NCBI RefSeq assembly: GCF_052169755.1
Contig: NZ_JBQNBV010000001.1
Span: 1-47,732 of the forward strand
Direction of reading: 5' to 3'
DNA length: 47,732 bases
DNA from: Selenomonas sp.
GTDB taxonomy: Bacteria; Bacillota; Negativicutes; Selenomonadales; Selenomonadaceae
Part shown: piece after piece, positions 44,216-47,732 of the stretch
Numbering within the stretch: the first letter of the stretch is position 1
Layout: each line of letters begins with the position of its first letter
Notes under the pieces: generated by a model
What the model was told of the DNA's origin: nothing
Seen by the model: the letters and a program-made list of their open reading frames with translations, nothing else
Databases searched by the model: none
Made by a program: the position numbers and the translations under genes

Positions 44216-45234
44216 ATGGAAGAGTATATTCTATATGCTGATGTGCCGGAGAAAAATCGACAGGTTAGGGATTTTATTGCTAATACCGGGGGGGGTATAT
44301 TGGCTGCGTTGATCGCGATCCGAAAAAATGGGATGTAGATCAGAAGATATATGCTCCTTCTTTTCTTGCAAAGCATCCCGAAGCAAAGGTCGTTATCACG
44401 AGTTTTGATATTGAGGGAATTGCAAAGTATATTCGCCAACAAGGTTGGATGAATGAGATCTTTGTCTATCCTTATTGGCGATATCCGTTTTTCTTTGATG
44501 CGGGAGAAGATCCAAGGGACTGGGCTGAGGCGAATCGAGAAAAGCTGCTGCAAATCTATGATAGCTGCGATCCTTGCAATTTGGCTTATATCGAGGAGCT
44601 TGTTCGTCAGCGGCGCATGGACTTTGCGCCGATTCGTTTGCAGGATTTGTGGGATTATCTTCCGTATGAGCGTTATTTCGTAGATGGTGCGCTCGTTTCG
44701 CATCAAGGCGATGTGACGTTTGTGGATTGCGGCGCTTATGATGGAGATACGATTGCTGCTTTTTGGCAGAGTGTTGGCGAGCGGCTGAGGAGGGTATATG
44801 CTTTTGAGCCGAGTTCCGAGAATTATCGCTCCCTGCAGCAGAATTTAAGGCACTTGGGTCTGCTGGCGCAGACGGAGTCTTTTTGCTGCGGCGTTTCTGA
44901 TCGACGGGGCAGGGCGCGATTCACGGAAAACAAGACGATGAGCTTCATTGATTCGAAGGGTGTGACGGAGATCGACCTTTGCAGACTGGATGACTGTGTA
45001 GGCGAAGTAGAAGGACATCTTTACATTAAGATGGATATCGAAGGTTTTGAAGTTCCTGCGCTGCAAGGTGCAGCTCATTTGATTGAGAAGCATCATCCGT
45101 ATATGGCGATTTGCACCTACCATAAGTGGAATGATTATATAGAAATACCTGAAACCATAAAGTCTATTCGTGCGGATTATGATTTTTATCTGCGTGGGGG
45201 TATGCATACGATATGCCATATCGTGCCCCGTTGA
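44216..45234 (+). pseudogene. FkbM family methyltransferase frameshifted at a G8 tract (44288-44295); C-terminal ORF 44449-45234 intact
   Basis: The ATG at 44216 (GAGGTG RBS) reads MEEYILY...NTGG and stops soon after the tract. The FkbM frame (FVDCGAYDGDT, YAFEP, IKMDIEGFE) is open back to 44284 and reads YIGCVDRDPKKW from 44296. One extra G joins the two. Confidence 0.8.
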
Positions 45235-45312
45235 TTAAGTGCATGTCGTTTGCAAGATCGGTCGACGGGTATCATTCGTGCAAGGGTTTTTCAACGACGG
45301 GAGGGATTTGCC

Positions 45313-46932
45313 TTGGGAGAACGGCTGCTGCTTGACTGTACGCTGCGTGACGGTGGCTATGTAAACAATTGGGAATTTGGTTACGATCAGATCGTGGAAA
45401 TTTTTAATCGGCTCGTAAGTTCGGGCGTGGAGTTTATCGAGGTGGGTTTTCTCGATGAAAAGAGCACCTTTGATCGCGGACGTACCGTCCTGCCCGATAC
45501 GGCTTCTGTCAATCGGATGTTTGAAGGGGTGGATAAAGGAAGCTCGCTTGTTCTCGGCATGATCGACTACGGCGCCTGCGGCATCGAGCGTTTAGAGCCG
45601 TGTGAAGAGACGTTCCTCGACGGCATTCGCGTGATTTTTAAGGAAGCGAAGATGAAGGAAGCTCTGGCTTTTTGCGCCGAGGTCAAGAAGCTCGGCTACA
45701 AAGTCTTTGCCCAGATGGTTTCCGTCACGACGTATACGGATGAGAAGCTCGCCGAGTATGCGAAGCTTGTCAACGAGGTCATGCCCTATGCGACGTCGAT
45801 GGTCGATACTTACGGACTGCTCGACGAGGAGCATTTGTGCCATATATACGGCATCCTGGACGCAAATCTCGACCCGCAGATTCTTGTCGGCTATCACGCG
45901 CACAACAATTTCCAGCTCGGCTATGCGAATGCGAAGCACTTTCTCTCGCTCGATTCGGAGCGCGGTCTCTTGGCGGACGGCACGCTCTACGGCATGGGAA
46001 AGAGCGCGGGCAACGCGCCGCTGGAGCTTCTGCTGATGTTCCGCAACGACAAGCAGGGTGCAGGCTACCATGTGACGCAGGCGCTTGAAGCCATCGACAA
46101 CGTCATCATGGAGATCTATCAGAGGCAGTATTGGGGCTACAATCTCTTCTACTACATCGCGTCCTCGATGCACTGTCATCCGAACTACGTAAGCCGCCTC
46201 ATGAACAAGCGCACGCTGTCGGTCAAGCAGATCCGCGATATTTTGAAAACCCTTGAGCCAGCGAAGAGTCTGCTCTACGACGAGGCGTACATCGAAAGGC
46301 TCTATCGCGAGTATCAGAGCATTGAGTGCGACGATCGGGAGACTCTTCGCATCCTGAAAGAGAAGCTAGGGCGGCGTCCGCTTCTGCTCCTTGGCCCTGC
46401 GCGCAGCATGACGAAGGAACGTGCGACGGTGAAGCGGTTTATCGAGGAGAAGAAGCCGCGCGTCATCGCCGTGAACTATGCGCCGCCGACGATCGAGGTC
46501 GATGCCATCTTCATGGCGAAGTCGAAGCGCTACATGCAGCTTTTCAGCGACCTGCAGCACAACGTCAACCGCGATAAGCCGATCGTCGCGACGTCCAACA
46601 TGACGAAGTCGGACGGCAGCTTCCCCTATGTGCTCAACTACAGCTCACTCATCGACCGGGACGCGGAGATCATCGACAACGCGCTCGTCATGATCTTGAA
46701 GGCGATCCTGCGCATGGAGGTGCCCGCCGTGACGCTCGCGGGCTTCGACGGCTACTCGAAGCGAAGCCGCAACTACTTCGACGAGAACAAGGAGTACCGC
46801 GTCGACGGCAGCCGCGCCGAATATCTGAACAAGTACATCGGCGGCTTCCTGCGCAGCATCGCGGGCAAGATTCACATCGACTTCCTCACGAAGACGCGCT
46901 ACGAGTGGCAGGCGGAGGAAGGCGAAAGATGA
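45313..46932 (+). CDS. DRE-TIM (HMGL-like / 4-hydroxy-2-oxovalerate aldolase-like) enzyme with C-terminal Rossmann-like domain
   Basis: LLDCTLRDGGYVN, VDTYG, HAHNNFQL, GMGKSAGN; C-terminal LLLGPARS...IAVNY...LAGFDGY. TTG start after GGAGGG. Confidence 0.85.
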   Translation: MGERLLLDCTLRDGGYVNNWEFGYDQIVEIFNRLVSSGVEFIEVGFLDEKSTFDRGRTVLPDTASVNRMFEGVDKGSSLVLGMIDYGACGIERLEPCEETFLDGIRVIFKEAKMKEALAFCAEVKKLGYKVFAQMVSVTTYTDEKLAEYAKLVNEVMPYATSMVDTYGLLDEEHLCHIYGILDANLDPQILVGYHAHNNFQLGYANAKHFLSLDSERGLLADGTLYGMGKSAGNAPLELLLMFRNDKQGAGYHVTQALEAIDNVIMEIYQRQYWGYNLFYYIASSMHCHPNYVSRLMNKRTLSVKQIRDILKTLEPAKSLLYDEAYIERLYREYQSIECDDRETLRILKEKLGRRPLLLLGPARSMTKERATVKRFIEEKKPRVIAVNYAPPTIEVDAIFMAKSKRYMQLFSDLQHNVNRDKPIVATSNMTKSDGSFPYVLNYSSLIDRDAEIIDNALVMILKAILRMEVPAVTLAGFDGYSKRSRNYFDENKEYRVDGSRAEYLNKYIGGFLRSIAGKIHIDFLTKTRYEWQAEEGER

Positions 46933-47669
46933 GGCGGCTCGAAGGCAGGATCGCCCTCATCACGGGCGCGACGTCGGGCATCGGTCGCGCGTCGGCGCGC
47001 CTCTTCGCCGCCGAGGGTGCAGAGGTCGTCTGCGTGGGCAGGGACGAGGCGCGCGGCGCGACTGTCGTGCAGGAGATCGAAGAGATGCATGCGGGGCGCG
47101 CACGCTTCATCGCAGCGGATGTAACACTTGCTGCTGACATCGCGAAGATTCTCGAAGTAGTGAAGACGGAGTACGGACGGCTCGACGTCCTTTTCAACAA
47201 TGCGGGCGTTTTCGTGACGCGGGCGATCGATGAGATCGACGAGGCGGCATGGGAGCGCGTCTTTCGTACGAATGCGAAGGCGGCGATGGATATGACGGCG
47301 GCGTTTTTGCCGCTCTTGCAGGAATCGAAGGGCGTGATTTTGAACACGGCTTCGATCGGCGGCCTGCCTTATCATATCGCGGGAAGCAAGACGTACCTCT
47401 ACGCTTCGTCGAAGGCGGCGCTGATTCAGTTCACGAAGCTCTGTGCGCTGAATTTTGCGCCCGATGTGCGCGTGAACTGTCTCGCGCCCGGCATCACGGA
47501 CACGCCGATCTACACGAATCGCGACTTTTCGCGCTTTTCGGGCATACCGATGGGGCGCGTCGCCGACGCTCTCGAGGTGGCGCGTGCGGCGCTCTTTCTC
47601 GTCTCGGATGAGGCTTCTTACATCACAGGCGCGGTGCTGCCCGTTGACGGCGGCGCGTCGCTGAAGTAG
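46929..47669 (+). CDS. SDR family NAD(P)-dependent oxidoreductase
   Basis: TGATSGIG, FNNAG, YASSK, VRVNCLAPG, ITGAVLPVDGG. Confidence 0.93.
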   Translation: MRRLEGRIALITGATSGIGRASARLFAAEGAEVVCVGRDEARGATVVQEIEEMHAGRARFIAADVTLAADIAKILEVVKTEYGRLDVLFNNAGVFVTRAIDEIDEAAWERVFRTNAKAAMDMTAAFLPLLQESKGVILNTASIGGLPYHIAGSKTYLYASSKAALIQFTKLCALNFAPDVRVNCLAPGITDTPIYTNRDFSRFSGIPMGRVADALEVARAALFLVSDEASYITGAVLPVDGGASLK

Positions 47670-47681
47670 CGGAGGTGTTTC

Positions 47682-47732
47682 ATGAAGGTCAAGGTATCGG
47701 ACTATATCGCGGATTTTCTTGTCAAAAAAGGC
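47682..47732 (+). CDS. Probable thiamine-diphosphate-dependent enzyme (acetolactate synthase-like), N-terminus only
   Basis: GGAGGTG RBS, then MKVKVSDYIADFLVKKG, matching the usual start of ThDP-binding proteins in sugar-biosynthesis loci; only 17 codons visible. Confidence 0.6.
   Translation, partial: MKVKVSDYIADFLVKKG

Overview
GC-rich chromosomal window from a diderm (outer-membrane-bearing) Firmicute. It is most likely a Negativicute such as Selenomonas, inferred from LPS/BAM genes sitting next to a Bacillus-type yaaR-holB-yaaT-yabB-rsmI-abrB-metG-tatD-yabE block. Five segments: (1) 1-510, the 5' end of a type I restriction-modification methyltransferase gene (hsdM, minus strand). (2) ~1-22.7 kb, an outer-membrane biogenesis cluster: AMIN/NAGPA glycosidase, exported lipoyl-like protein, SpoIVB-like S55 protease, mlaEFD, tolC, tamB, a sigma-70 factor plus membrane protein, bamA, an unknown POTRA-like/beta-barrel protein, three Skp/OmpH paralogues, lpxD and a lipid A late acyltransferase. 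(3) 22.7-31.1 kb, the housekeeping block. (4) 31.2-34.1 kb, a hypothetical gene, an Rpn nuclease with a probable internal antitoxin ORF, and an amino acid permease with a structured leader. (5) 34.2 kb to the end, a surface-glycan locus of domain-shuffled glycosyltransferase/acetyltransferase fusions, rfbF, two FkbM methyltransferases (one frameshifted exactly at a G8 tract), an aldolase fusion, an SDR and the start of a ThDP enzyme. The best candidates for undescribed biology are a sigma / putative anti-sigma / circularly permuted SpoIVB module embedded in the OM cluster, the bamA-coupled POTRA-like plus small-barrel protein, and the modular, apparently phase-variable glycan locus. No rRNA, tRNA, CRISPR array or IS element was recognised. 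All family calls come from motif recognition by eye; no database searches were run.
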